From Candidatus Aenigmatarchaeota archaeon (GTDB taxonomy: Archaea > Aenigmatarchaeota > Aenigmatarchaeia > CG10238-14), in NCBI GenBank assembly GCA_018920365.1, contig JAHLMM010000001.1:135628-199627 (forward strand): a stretch of 64,000 nt of DNA, given 5' to 3'. Below are positions 1-10,234 of this stretch, one piece after another. How positions within the stretch are numbered: the stretch's first letter is position 1; the number at the start of each line of letters is the position of its first letter. A model generated the notes under the pieces. It saw only the letters and a list, made by a program, of their open reading frames with translations, did no database searches and was not told the DNA's origin. Made by a program: the position numbers and the translations under genes.

Positions 1-1
1 G

Positions 2-94
2 GCTGTGATCGCGATGATAGGTGCTTTGGGCAGCTTTTTATCAGCTGTTTTCCTAATAGGTGTGTGGGCATGGGAGGAAATGACAAAAGAATGA
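2..94 (+). CDS. 3' end of a membrane protein (partial)
   Basis: Open frame AVIAMIGALGSFLSAVFLIGVWAWEEMTKE* from the window edge to TGA at 92-94; hydrophobic. Confidence 0.5.
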   Translation, partial: AVIAMIGALGSFLSAVFLIGVWAWEEMTKE

Positions 95-145
95 GTTTTT
101 TAAATATTAACTACATTAATTTTGCTGTTAGATTTAGGTGAAAAT

Positions 146-607
146 ATGGCAAGAATGCATGCAAGAAAAAAAGGTAAATCAGGTTCAAAAAGACCTCCTG
201 TTAAAACAGCTCCTAGATGGGTTGGATATAAAAAGGTAGAGGTAGAAAAATTGGTTGTAAATTTGGCTAAAGAAGGTAACAGATCTGCAAAAATTGGCCT
301 TATATTGAGAGATAGATATGGCATACCTTCTGTAAAGCAGATCACTGGAAAAACAATAAAAGCTATAATGAAAGAAAATAAAGTGTATCCAAATTATCCT
401 GAAGATTTGCTGGATTTGTTAAAAAGAGCTGTAAATTTAAGAAACCATCTTGAAATTAATAGAAAGGATTATACATCTAAAAGAAATCTTGTCAACCTTG
501 AATCAAAAATAAGAAGACTTGGAAAATATTATGTAAAAACCAAAGTATTGCCAAGAGATTGGGTATATGATCCTGAAAGGGCAAAGTTGATAGTACAGCA
601 AAAGTGA
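146..607 (+). CDS. rps15: 30S ribosomal protein S15 (uS15, archaeal S13e-type)
   Basis: [17 protein letters not shown]...[15 protein letters not shown]...[11 protein letters not shown]; SD AGGTGA before ATG 146. Confidence 0.97.
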   Translation: MARMHARKKGKSGSKRPPVKTAPRWVGYKKVEVEKLVVNLAKEGNRSAKIGLILRDRYGIPSVKQITGKTIKAIMKENKVYPNYPEDLLDLLKRAVNLRNHLEINRKDYTSKRNLVNLESKIRRLGKYYVKTKVLPRDWVYDPERAKLIVQQK

Positions 608-611
608 TTGT

Positions 612-1163
612 ATGGCAAAAAAAATCAAAGGAAAGGATTGGTATACAGTAATAGCGCCTAAATTTTTTGAAGAAAAGGTGCTAGGTGATACACCAGGAGA
701 TGATGTAAACAAAGTTATAGGTAGAAAGGTGACAGTGCCTCTAGTGTTTGTTTCAAAAGATATGAGCAAATATTATCTTAAAGTTAGATTCAAAATAACA
801 AAAATTGATGGTACAAAAGCCTTGACAGAGTTTGATGGTTTGGAATGTTTGAGAGATTATATAGCAAGAATGGTGAGACATAGAGTCACAAGAATAGATA
901 TTGTTCAAAAACTGAAGACAAAAGATGAGAAAAATGTTGTTGTAAAAAGCATGATAATAACAAACAAAAGGGTTACAAGAGGTATTGAAAAATCTTTAAG
1001 AGAATTTGTCCAGCAAGTTATAGAAAAAGTTACCAATGAAAACACGCTTGAATCTCTCCTTTCAAAAATATTGAATGATAGTATAAAGCAGAAAATAATG
1101 AAAGAAGGCAGCAAAATATATCCTCTAAGGGCATTTGAAATAAGAAAAATGGAAATAATGTAA
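612..1163 (+). CDS. rps3ae: 30S ribosomal protein S3Ae (eS1)
   Basis: KDWYTVIAPKFF, DYIARMVR and KIYPLRAFEIRK motifs; follows rps15. Confidence 0.93.
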   Translation: MAKKIKGKDWYTVIAPKFFEEKVLGDTPGDDVNKVIGRKVTVPLVFVSKDMSKYYLKVRFKITKIDGTKALTEFDGLECLRDYIARMVRHRVTRIDIVQKLKTKDEKNVVVKSMIITNKRVTRGIEKSLREFVQQVIEKVTNENTLESLLSKILNDSIKQKIMKEGSKIYPLRAFEIRKMEIM

Positions 1164-1202
1164 CAGTTTTATTGTTTTTTGATGATATATTTCTTGATTG
1201 AT

Positions 1203-2837
1203 ATGGGTATAAAAGAAATTGCTTTCAAACATGCTTTGATAAATGCTATTGAATTTAATGGTAAATGCTCATTTCAAGCCGTTTTAAGCAAAGTTTTGGG
1301 TGAAAATCAAGAGTTTAAAAAAGACATGAAAACCACGGTTTCTTTAGTAAAAGAAATAGTTGAAAAAGTAAATAAAATGAGTTTAAGTGAACAAAAAAAG
1401 GAATTTGAAAAACTTGGCATAAAAATTGAAAAAAAGGATGAAAAAAAGGATTTGCCTGAATTACCAGAAGCTCAAAATGGTAAAGTTATAACAGCGTTTC
1501 CTCCAGAACCAAGCAAATACCCACATCTTGGCCATGCAAAAGCAGCGTTAATAAACTATATGTATGCAAAAAAATACAATGGAAAATTTTTCTTAAGATT
1601 TGAAGATACAAATCCTACACTAGCTAAAAAAGAATATTATCAAGCCATAATCAATGGATTAAAATGGCTTGGGATAGAATGGGACAAGATAGATTATATT
1701 TCAGATCACATAGAGGAATACTATAAATATACTGAAAAGTTGATAAAAGACGGAAAAGCATATGTATGCCTTTGCCAACAAGATCAAATAAAGAAAAATA
1801 GGGCAAATGGAATTGAATGTGAACATAGAAGCGCTAGTACCAAAGAGAATTTGAATTTATGGAAAGATATGTTTAATTTTAATCAAGGCGAAGCTACAGT
1901 AAGATTGAAAATAGATATGAATCATGTTAACACAACAATGAGAGATCCCAGCATTATTAGAATAATTGATAAAGAACATGTGAGAACTGGTAAAAAATAC
2001 AAGTTGTGGCCTACTTATGATTTTGGCACAGCCGTGATGGATGGTTTGCAGCAAGTAACACATAGAGTAAGAAGTAAAGAGTTTGAGATGAGAACAGAAT
2101 TGCAACATTATATACAAGATCTGCTAGGCTTTAAAAGGACTTTTATAACTGAAATTGCTAGGTTTAATCTAGAAGGTGTACCATCTTCCGGGAGAATTAT
2201 AAGAGAGATGATTGCTAAAAATGAGTTGCTGGGTTGGGATGATCCTAGATTGACTACATTAATGGCTTTGAAAAGAAGAGGTTTTTTGCCTGAAGCTATA
2301 AAAGAGTTTTTAATATCAACTGGCATATCAAAAGCAGAGTCAACATTGACATGGGATGTTTTGGAAAGTTTCAATAGAAAACATTTGGACAAAATAGCAA
2401 ACAGATATTTTGCTGTTTTTGATCCTGTAAAAATTCAATTAAATGTTGAAAAAACAGTTGAAGAGCCTTTACATCCAGAGTTTCCGGAAAGGGGTAAACG
2501 CATACTTAAAGTTTCAAAAGAAGTTTACATTTCAAGAAGTGATTATGAAAAGTTTTTTGGTAAAACAGTGAGACTTATTGGTCTGTTTAATGTAAAATTG
2601 AGTGACAGACCTGAATATGCAGGTAATACTATAGAACAAAACATGCCAAAGATACATTGGGTTCCTGGTGAGAATGTAAAAATAAGTATTGTAATGAATG
2701 ATGGAAGCACAAGAGAAATGATAGCTGAAAATGGTATAGAAAGTGTTAAAGAAAATGAATTTGTGCAGTTTATGAGAGTTGGGTTTGCAAGACTAGATGA
2801 TAAAAAAAGGATGCTTTTCTACTTCACACATAATTAA
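1203..2837 (+). CDS. gltX: Glutamate--tRNA ligase (archaeal type)
   Basis: FPPEPSKYPHLGH (HIGH motif), LRFEDTNP, WPTYDF, GWDDPRL, QFMRVGFARLD. Confidence 0.95.
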   Translation: MGIKEIAFKHALINAIEFNGKCSFQAVLSKVLGENQEFKKDMKTTVSLVKEIVEKVNKMSLSEQKKEFEKLGIKIEKKDEKKDLPELPEAQNGKVITAFPPEPSKYPHLGHAKAALINYMYAKKYNGKFFLRFEDTNPTLAKKEYYQAIINGLKWLGIEWDKIDYISDHIEEYYKYTEKLIKDGKAYVCLCQQDQIKKNRANGIECEHRSASTKENLNLWKDMFNFNQGEATVRLKIDMNHVNTTMRDPSIIRIIDKEHVRTGKKYKLWPTYDFGTAVMDGLQQVTHRVRSKEFEMRTELQHYIQDLLGFKRTFITEIARFNLEGVPSSGRIIREMIAKNELLGWDDPRLTTLMALKRRGFLPEAIKEFLISTGISKAESTLTWDVLESFNRKHLDKIANRYFAVFDPVKIQLNVEKTVEEPLHPEFPERGKRILKVSKEVYISRSDYEKFFGKTVRLIGLFNVKLSDRPEYAGNTIEQNMPKIHWVPGENVKISIVMNDGSTREMIAENGIESVKENEFVQFMRVGFARLDDKKRMLFYFTHN

Positions 2838-3316
2838 AAGATCTTGTGTCTTAGCAAAATATTCACATTCATCAAAATAAGTATCAAAAATATTGTTCTT
2901 CTTGTTAATTTATGCTGCCAATGGTTTTTGGTAAAACCTAAATGAAAATCTGAAAATGGATAAAATATTCTTGTTGCCCAAAAACCACCGTGACTAAAAA
3001 CATCAAGTATTATGTGTGATAGATAGCATAATAAAAATACTTGAGTATATTGAGGTAAAAATACGTTAAAAACAGCTGTTATAATTGACATACCAAACAA
3101 GCTGTGAAAGAATCTATAATAATCAAGATATTCTTGTGGTGGTTTCCACTCAAATAAGACTTTCTTTTTTATTGGAAATCCGTCTTTGATGACATAATAA
3201 AAGAAAAATGGTGCAGAAAGTATATCTGGAATGTTGGAAAAAATGAATATAAGAATAAACAAGTCAGGCCTGCCTGTTAGAGCCATCCCCCCTAGCCAAT
3301 GGGCAATGTTATCCAT
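2834..3316 (-). CDS. Membrane-bound metal-dependent hydrolase (YdjM/DUF457-like)
   Basis: AH...SNIPD...RFFHSL...SHIILD...FYPF pattern with TM segments. Confidence 0.7.
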   Translation of the reverse strand: MDNIAHWLGGMALTGRPDLFILIFIFSNIPDILSAPFFFYYVIKDGFPIKKKVLFEWKPPQEYLDYYRFFHSLFGMSIITAVFNVFLPQYTQVFLLCYLSHIILDVFSHGGFWATRIFYPFSDFHLGFTKNHWQHKLTRRTIFLILILMNVNILLRHKIF

Positions 3317-3411
3317 TAAACAATTATTTTGGTTGGAAAATTTTTAAACCATATAGAACTAGGCTAGAGTGAAAGCAAAGTTTTTAAATTAATATCATTA
3401 ATAGTGTTTTT

Positions 3412-3939
3412 ATGATAGGAGAGCTTCTAGAAGACAGAGTAGTTATATGGGGAAGTGATGGGCTTAGCCTTTATGACGAGGGTGGTTTTGGAAAGCCTTT
3501 TGACAATAGGGTAGAGCTATCTCTTGTTGAATCATGTTATTTGCTTGAGAAAAAGAAGATTACAATAAAAAAAGCTGAAAAGACGTTGAGCTTCAAAGAA
3601 TTTTATGAATATGCTGTTTCAAAAGAACCAGAATTTCATCAGAAATTTGTAGTTTATAGAGATTTAAGAGAAAGGGGGTATCTTGTAAAAACAGGTTTCA
3701 AATTTGGTGCACATTTCAGAGTTTATGAAAGGGGCGTTAAGCTAAAAAGAGGTCCTAAACAAGCACATGAGCACACAAAATTTGTTGTTCATGCTATAAG
3801 CGAGGAGGATAGATTCTCTTATCCTGAATTATCAAGAGCTACTAGACTAGCACAAAACATAAGAGCAAAAATGATATGGGCTGTTGTTGATAGTGAAAAT
3901 GATGTAACTTATTATGAAATATTCAGAGTTTCACCCTGA
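3412..3939 (+). CDS. endA: tRNA-splicing endonuclease
   Basis: LSLVESCYL, VYRDLRERGYLVKTGFKFGAHFRVY, catalytic His region, AVVDSENDVTYY. Confidence 0.93.
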   Translation: MIGELLEDRVVIWGSDGLSLYDEGGFGKPFDNRVELSLVESCYLLEKKKITIKKAEKTLSFKEFYEYAVSKEPEFHQKFVVYRDLRERGYLVKTGFKFGAHFRVYERGVKLKRGPKQAHEHTKFVVHAISEEDRFSYPELSRATRLAQNIRAKMIWAVVDSENDVTYYEIFRVSP

Positions 3940-4965
3940 CCATTTTATCTTAAATCGTAAAATTGCGCCAAGACCGCCTATATTATTGAATTGCTGACCT
4001 AAATCATGTAAAGTTGATATTATTTGTATAGAAACTTTGTTTTCAAGTGATTTGGCCAATTCTTCTATTTTTTTCTCTTTCATTTTTTCTTCTGATATAA
4101 GCAAAGTCTGTATGGCATTCATATCTTTCGCAGTAAAAACATCATCACCTAAAACTGCTAAACCGTCATCTTTTCTTAAATGCAAGAAGAAATCTTCAAC
4201 AAGTTTACTTTCCTTTGTTAATTGGTTTTCTGCAAGCTTATCAAGCAAACCGAGCTTAACAGCCTCATTTATGCCTGTTATAGTTGAGGAGGAGACGCTG
4301 CCAATAGAAATTTTTGAATATTCATTCTGATTTTTTTCTCTTATTATCTTCGCAACATGCTCTTTGGCAAAACCAGGTCCTGCTATAATTATATTTTTCA
4401 TTTGTGGAGAAAAATTCAATATTTCTTCAGCAACTTTGCTATAATATTCTGGTATTCTTTTTTCTTCGTGCTGCAAAGAAAATGTGTTTTTTACCTCTGT
4501 CAACACATCAATCCTGTTGTTTTTAAGCAAAGCTAATGTTGCCTGATCAAGATCAACTGCAACTATCAATATATTTGGTGTCTTTTTTTCAGCTTCTTTC
4601 AATCTTTGTATTTGATATTCTCTCCACTCATTTTTAGTTATTGTCATGTATTTTCCTGGTTTTGCTTCTATTGTATGGAATGAATCTAGTTGAACATTTT
4701 CTGGTGCTTCAACTATTCTTCCTGATATCCTTAGCTGAAATATACCAAGTTGAAACTCTACTTTTTCAACAAGAATTTTGATAAGCATCATCTTTTTTCC
4801 TATTTTCTTCATCTCACCTTCTCTTTCAAGAAAAAGGCTTCTTGGTGTCATTGCTTTTACAAAATCTCCTGGTTCTATAAAGTTTTTCAAATAAAAAAGG
4901 TCATCATTATTCTCTATTCTAATTTTAACCCTTTTCAGCTTGCTAGATATTTTCAATATTTTCAT
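3931..4965 (-). CDS. pelA: mRNA surveillance/ribosome rescue factor Pelota
   Basis: ENNDDLFYL, LRISGRIV, FHTIE, IAGPGFAKE, GGLGAILRF. Confidence 0.92.
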   Translation of the reverse strand: MKILKISSKLKRVKIRIENNDDLFYLKNFIEPGDFVKAMTPRSLFLEREGEMKKIGKKMMLIKILVEKVEFQLGIFQLRISGRIVEAPENVQLDSFHTIEAKPGKYMTITKNEWREYQIQRLKEAEKKTPNILIVAVDLDQATLALLKNNRIDVLTEVKNTFSLQHEEKRIPEYYSKVAEEILNFSPQMKNIIIAGPGFAKEHVAKIIREKNQNEYSKISIGSVSSSTITGINEAVKLGLLDKLAENQLTKESKLVEDFFLHLRKDDGLAVLGDDVFTAKDMNAIQTLLISEEKMKEKKIEELAKSLENKVSIQIISTLHDLGQQFNNIGGLGAILRFKIKWSG

Positions 4966-5018
4966 TATTATCTATTATATGATAAAAGTTATTAGTATAA
5001 AAATCAAAATTCTTCTAT

Positions 5019-6194
5019 ATGGCAGCAAAAGCTCAGGCAAAACCAGATGAATTTATCTGGGTATTGTTTGCTGGAATACTTGCAATTATAATGATGGTTT
5101 TCTTTTGGGGTATGCCAAACAGCAATCAAGAAAATCAAACTAGCAATGCTACTGCTAGCCTACCAGAAGGTGCTTTTACTATTGGGACATATAAAGAAGA
5201 TGTTCCTAGAGTTATAAGAATAGGTGATTTTGGCATAAGCCATTCTGCTGGGTCAAGTGTAATTGCGAGTAAAAAGTATATTGAAGTTAGTAAAGGAATT
5301 TTTGAAGACAAAAGATTTAGTTTTAGTGGTGAAATAGGAGAAAATTTGAACGATATAATTGATGGGTGGATCGTAGTTGATGTTTTAGACACATCTAGCG
5401 GAAATCTTATAATAAAATTTAACAATGAAGTTGTTTATAGAGAAAAATCAAGCCCTGGAAGAATATATGTTAATGTTGATAAAAACCTGATAAAAAATTT
5501 TAATGTAATAGAGATCAGTTCTGGAATGCCTGGTTTACAATTTTGGTCAACAAGTGTTTATAGGATAGAGAAGGCAGAGTTTGGAATAAATGTATATGGA
5601 AATGTCAAAAAAACATATGATTTTGAATTATATGCAAGTGAGTTGAAAAATTTTGCCAAAGGTTCTGTCAAGTTTAATGTTGATGAAAGAGAAGGTAATG
5701 GAAATTTGATAATAAAGATAAATGGTAAAAACTTCTTTAACGGAATACCTTCTGGTAGTTTTAGTCATGATTTTGAGATTTTTGACGTTGGTCTTGTCAA
5801 TGGAATAAACACAATAGAATTTTCAACTGAAAGGGATACAAGTTATAAGTTGGATGATGTTGAGATTTTAATAGCACATAAAGAAAATCTCGGAAAGCAG
5901 AGAACATTTTCTTTCAAAATAACTGAAACTGATTTAGCAAGGTTACAAAGAGGTGTTAAAGGAAAGATAAGTTTCACAATACTAGATTCTGATTATGGCG
6001 CTAATCTAGCTATAAAAATAACAGATAGCTCTGGTATGGATCATCAACTAGATTATATCCAGTCATATTCTATTGGTAAAAAAGTCACTGTGAATTTTGG
6101 GCCTAATGATGTTAAAGTTGGGACAAATTATGTCACATTTAGTGTTTCAGGTGAAGGTAAGTTTACTTTAAGCAATGTAGATATTGGTGTTTAA
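5019..6194 (+). CDS. Membrane-anchored beta-rich surface protein, possible class III signal peptide
   Basis: N-terminal KAQ then a hydrophobic helix; NQT/NAT sequons; repeated beta modules (GNLIIKFN / GNLIIKIN, N.IEIS / NTIEFS). Confidence 0.6.
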   Translation: MAAKAQAKPDEFIWVLFAGILAIIMMVFFWGMPNSNQENQTSNATASLPEGAFTIGTYKEDVPRVIRIGDFGISHSAGSSVIASKKYIEVSKGIFEDKRFSFSGEIGENLNDIIDGWIVVDVLDTSSGNLIIKFNNEVVYREKSSPGRIYVNVDKNLIKNFNVIEISSGMPGLQFWSTSVYRIEKAEFGINVYGNVKKTYDFELYASELKNFAKGSVKFNVDEREGNGNLIIKINGKNFFNGIPSGSFSHDFEIFDVGLVNGINTIEFSTERDTSYKLDDVEILIAHKENLGKQRTFSFKITETDLARLQRGVKGKISFTILDSDYGANLAIKITDSSGMDHQLDYIQSYSIGKKVTVNFGPNDVKVGTNYVTFSVSGEGKFTLSNVDIGV

Positions 6195-6967
6195 ACACCC
6201 CACAATAATCTTAAAAGACTTCTCATACCTGTAGCAAAGCCTAAAATTGCTATTAACATTTTAATGTAAAAATTGAATTCTTTGTCTTTTTCATATTCAT
6301 CTATAAGTTTTAGTGAAAAATATATGACAATTGCCTTGACAAGAACAAATGTAAAAGCTGTGTTGGTTTTTTCTATTAAAAATCTAGGCAAAACATGTTG
6401 TTCTGTATAATTAAACCAAGTGACAGCAATTGAAGTTATAATTGAGTCTAAAATCTGAAAGAGCATTACAAGCTTGTTTTCAATACTAGTTTTGAAAATT
6501 ATGATTAAAACACAAAGTGGGATAAAGAAAGCGATAAAATACAAAAGTGCTTGGGTGTTTTTTATCTGTATTGTTGGTAAAAGAATTGAAAACATTATAA
6601 AACCCGACAAAAATAATGGTTTGTAATAGGGAATCTTTAAGTTGTTTTGAATTAAAACAGATAAAATTATCATAAAAATTATCAAAGAAAAAAACAACAA
6701 CCATATATTTGGTGTCATGAATAGAATGCCGCTAATTAATTTGGCGTCATGAAGAACTCTTATAATGACGCCGGATGCTATAAAAGGAAAAATGCTTATA
6801 GCAAACAAATGATCTATTTTTATTTTCAGTCTTTTTAGTAAATTAAATGTCAAGTATGATAAAAAGATGAATAAAAATGCATATGCTATTGTATTTATAG
6901 TGTTGTAGCCTTCTCTATTGATCATTGGGTTGATAAAGTAATTGTGAAGAAAATCTCGAACACTCAT
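6191..6967 (-). CDS. DUF63 family membrane protein
   Basis: GYNTINTIAYA, IRVLHDA, TPNIW, YTEQHVLP, LGFATGMR. Confidence 0.8.
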   Translation of the reverse strand: MSVRDFLHNYFINPMINREGYNTINTIAYAFLFIFLSYLTFNLLKRLKIKIDHLFAISIFPFIASGVIIRVLHDAKLISGILFMTPNIWLLFFSLIIFMIILSVLIQNNLKIPYYKPLFLSGFIMFSILLPTIQIKNTQALLYFIAFFIPLCVLIIIFKTSIENKLVMLFQILDSIITSIAVTWFNYTEQHVLPRFLIEKTNTAFTFVLVKAIVIYFSLKLIDEYEKDKEFNFYIKMLIAILGFATGMRSLLRLLWGV

Positions 6968-7046
6968 AAAATTATATTGTATGAAAAATATTTAATCAGA
7001 AAGCACAAGGTAAAATTAATAAATCAAGAAATATAAAATTAATAAG

Positions 7047-7886
7047 ATGAAAAAGTTATTGCTAGGTTCAATTTTGGCTATAATAATATTTTTGTCTGGT
7101 TGTACCAGTAGTTCTAACAGTTCTGGAGGAACAGGCGTTATTATTGAAGCTTTCTATCCCACAATTGAGAGTGCAGAACCTGGTGATGTTGTAGACATTG
7201 TTGCAAGAATAAAAAATACAGGAGGTTCTGACGCTACAAACATAGATGCAAAAATTTATGGTTTGGGTGAATGGAATGTTAGGCAAACTTCATCTGCTCC
7301 TAATGTTTTAGAAGCTGGCGATCCAGCAAGGAATATACAACCTGAAGTTGTGGATATTTCATGGGAAGCAACTGCACCGTCCTATAGAACAGGTATAGAT
7401 AATCAAGAGTTTGAATTAAGAGTTCAATACAGATATTCTACAAGTGCATTAGCACAAATAAAAGTTGCAAGTGACTCTTATATAAAGAGCTTCCCGCTTG
7501 ATCAACAACAATCAAAAAGAGATGAACTTGGAGTGAAGATGCAAAAACCAACAGATGGTCCTATATCAATTACATTTGATGCGCCTGCAAAAGTTATCAA
7601 AGCTGGTGGTAATGAAGTGAATGTTATCATAAACATACAAAATATAGGCGGTGGTAATCTTTTGAATAATCAACTTGATAGCTTTGCTGTTACAAGTAAT
7701 AGACAAGTTGTTTGTACAACCTCACAACCAATAAAACTTATATCAGGCCAAAGCAAGCAAGTCAGATGTAAATTGTATGTTGATTTAACAGAAGGTTGGG
7801 ATATTATACCTATACAGGTTGATACTTCATACACATATTGGGTTAGTGCAAAATCTTCTATAAGTGTATTGCCAACTGAAACTTAG
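7047..7886 (+). CDS. Surface lipoprotein with CARDB/Ig-like domains
   Basis: Lipobox-like LSGC after a hydrophobic stretch; IKNTGGSDA and IQNIGGG motifs. Confidence 0.65.
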   Translation: MKKLLLGSILAIIIFLSGCTSSSNSSGGTGVIIEAFYPTIESAEPGDVVDIVARIKNTGGSDATNIDAKIYGLGEWNVRQTSSAPNVLEAGDPARNIQPEVVDISWEATAPSYRTGIDNQEFELRVQYRYSTSALAQIKVASDSYIKSFPLDQQQSKRDELGVKMQKPTDGPISITFDAPAKVIKAGGNEVNVIINIQNIGGGNLLNNQLDSFAVTSNRQVVCTTSQPIKLISGQSKQVRCKLYVDLTEGWDIIPIQVDTSYTYWVSAKSSISVLPTET

Positions 7887-9052
7887 ATTTTAAATAGACT
7901 TAGAATTTTTGGGCCGAATAAATTGAATAATATCAAGCCTAGTATTATCAAAGATATATAATTTGATATTTTCGATCCATTTCTCTTGAAAAAATGTTGT
8001 GAAATTGCTTCAAGCATTAACCCACCATCTAATGGCTTTAACGGAAATAAATTAAAGACACCCACACCAAGATTGAGTATAAGCATCCATGCAAACAACC
8101 CATCTATCCAGTCTATAACAGAAAGTAAGTTTTTGCTAACATATCTGTTTGATATAAAAGGAGCATATCTATACTGAACATATACTTTTTGAATTCCAAC
8201 TAAAGCTCTCTGGCCATTATCTGGGTCTGAAATTGTTTTTATTATATATTTACCTTTATCTGTTTTAACTACAACATCATCTCCGGGTTTTACATCTTTC
8301 ATAGCTAAAGCAAAGTCATTCAGATCTTTTATTTTAACTCCATTTAGTTCTGTTATTATTCCTCTTAACTCTACACTTTCAGCATAAGAGCCTGTAATTA
8401 ATGATTCAAAGCCAACTCCAACTGGTTGTATAAAAATTGAAGTAACTTTGGTAAATCCCAAAATAAGTAAAAATATTATGCCTGCTGCAACAATATTTCC
8501 AAAACTACCTGCTGCAAAAACTCTTAATTTGCCTATTAATGACTTTCTTTTTAATTGCCTTTCATTTGGCTCAACAAATGCTCCTGGTATAACCAAAAAA
8601 ATTAAAAGTCCAAATGATTTTATATCAATCTTTTCTATTCTTGCCATAAATGCATGCATTGGCTCATGGATTAACATAACAACAAAAACTGATATTATCC
8701 AATACCAAAAAGGCACGCCTAAAACAAAGCCAGGCATACTCACACCTTCAACAGAAGGCAAGACAACTCTTAATGGGGATTCTGTTGTTTTTCTTGTAAA
8801 AACATCATATGTTGATTTTAAAAGAAGGTATGTGCCATATAATGAAGCTAGAAAGGCTACTAGTATTCCGATTAAGCCCAATATTCTCAATTTTTTCTCA
8901 TGTTTTTCAGCAAACTTGTAAATAAATGCTTTTCCTCTTGAACTTCTTCTTATTATAAGACCTGTTTTGAACTCTATGTTTTTCCTATCTCTATACAGCA
9001 CAAATGACAAGAAAACTAGAAAAAGTATAACTGAGATTATTTCAAAGCTCAA
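7883..9052 (-). CDS. Site-2 protease (M50) with PDZ-like insert
   Basis: HEPMH zinc motif, GAFVEP, AAGSFGN, NLFPLKPLDGG. Confidence 0.92.
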   Translation of the reverse strand: MSFEIISVILFLVFLSFVLYRDRKNIEFKTGLIIRRSSRGKAFIYKFAEKHEKKLRILGLIGILVAFLASLYGTYLLLKSTYDVFTRKTTESPLRVVLPSVEGVSMPGFVLGVPFWYWIISVFVVMLIHEPMHAFMARIEKIDIKSFGLLIFLVIPGAFVEPNERQLKRKSLIGKLRVFAAGSFGNIVAAGIIFLLILGFTKVTSIFIQPVGVGFESLITGSYAESVELRGIITELNGVKIKDLNDFALAMKDVKPGDDVVVKTDKGKYIIKTISDPDNGQRALVGIQKVYVQYRYAPFISNRYVSKNLLSVIDWIDGLFAWMLILNLGVGVFNLFPLKPLDGGLMLEAISQHFFKRNGSKISNYISLIILGLILFNLFGPKILSLFKI

Positions 9053-9127
9053 AATAATGCACCTTTTAACTTTATTGAATGGTATGTTTATATTTTTTAG
9101 TTATTCTTATAAATCTTAGTTGGTTGT

Positions 9128-9862
9128 ATGAAAAAGTATTGGAAAATAGTTGAAGAAGTTATAAATCAAGTAGATGTTGTACTTGAAATAGTGGATGCCC
9201 GAATGCCTGAATTAACAAGAAATAAAAAAATTGAAAGCATGGTTTTTGCTAAAAGAAAGAGATTGATAGTTGTATGCAACAAAGCTGACTTAATAAACCA
9301 AAATAATTTTTCTAAAGACAAGAGGTTTGTTTATGTTTCAACAAAAAAAAGATTTGGCTTTGCAAAACTTAGAAAGACAATAATGGGAAATAAAGAAGTT
9401 GTAAGAGTTGGTGTTGTTGGCTATCCAAATACAGGAAAATCTTCTGTAATCAACTCTCTAGTCGGAAGAAAAAAGGCATTAACATCCTCTGTCGCAGGTT
9501 TTACAAAAGGTGTGCAGTGGATAACTGATCATAAAGGCTTACTTTTATATGACACACCAGGAGTTATTCCATTTGATGAAAATGATGAAATTAAAAAAGC
9601 AATTATGTGTGTGTTATCGCCATCACAAATAAAAGACCCTTATTTGGTTGCTTTGAAAATAATTGAAATCTTTTTAAATGAAAACAAAAGTGCTTTGGAA
9701 ACAAAGTATAATATTAAAGCAAGTAATGATGCTGAAGATGTTTTATTGGAAATTGGAAAGAAAATGAATTATCTTGTAAAAAATGGGGAAATTGATGTTA
9801 CAAGAACTTGCATAAAAATAATAAAGGATTGGCAACAAGGATTACTGTTTTTAAATGCTTAA
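9128..9862 (+). CDS. Circularly permuted ribosome biogenesis GTPase (RbgA/YlqF family)
   Basis: Motif order DAR, NKAD, GYPNTGKSS, T, DTPG (G4-G1-G3). Confidence 0.92.
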   Translation: MKKYWKIVEEVINQVDVVLEIVDARMPELTRNKKIESMVFAKRKRLIVVCNKADLINQNNFSKDKRFVYVSTKKRFGFAKLRKTIMGNKEVVRVGVVGYPNTGKSSVINSLVGRKKALTSSVAGFTKGVQWITDHKGLLLYDTPGVIPFDENDEIKKAIMCVLSPSQIKDPYLVALKIIEIFLNENKSALETKYNIKASNDAEDVLLEIGKKMNYLVKNGEIDVTRTCIKIIKDWQQGLLFLNA

Positions 9863-9887
9863 ATAAATTAAAGTGATTATAAAAATT

Positions 9888-10082
9888 ATGGCAAAAAAAA
9901 TTAAGAGGTTGTATAGATCTGAGAAAGAAAAGGTCTTGGGCGGGGTTTGCGGAGGCATTGGAGAATATTTTAATATTGACCCTGTTATTGTTAGATTGCT
10001 ATGGATATTATTTACTCTTTTTTTGGGGGCTGGTGTCATTTTATATATAATAGCATGGATAATAATTCCTGAAAAAAAATAA
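9888..10082 (+). CDS. PspC domain protein
   Basis: RLYRS..KVLGGVCGGIGEYFNIDPVIVRL...YIIAWIIIP. Confidence 0.92.
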   Translation: MAKKIKRLYRSEKEKVLGGVCGGIGEYFNIDPVIVRLLWILFTLFLGAGVILYIIAWIIIPEKK

Positions 10083-10086
10083 TTCT

Positions 10087-10172
10087 TGCAGGAGCTGGGA
10101 TTTGAACCCAGGAACCGACTAACGGACTAGGCTCTGAACCTAGCGCCATTGGCCAGACTAGGCGACTCCTGC
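10087..10172 (-). tRNA. tRNA-Leu(CAG)
   Basis: Minus strand GCAGGAG acceptor stem; anticodon arm CTAGG-TTCAGAG-CCTAG; long variable arm; GGTTCAAATCC T-loop; no encoded CCA. Confidence 0.95.
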
Positions 10173-10234
10173 ATAAAAATAATTATTCTATCAGTTTAAT
10201 ATACTCAAACCAAATTAACAATTTCAAAAAGTCA

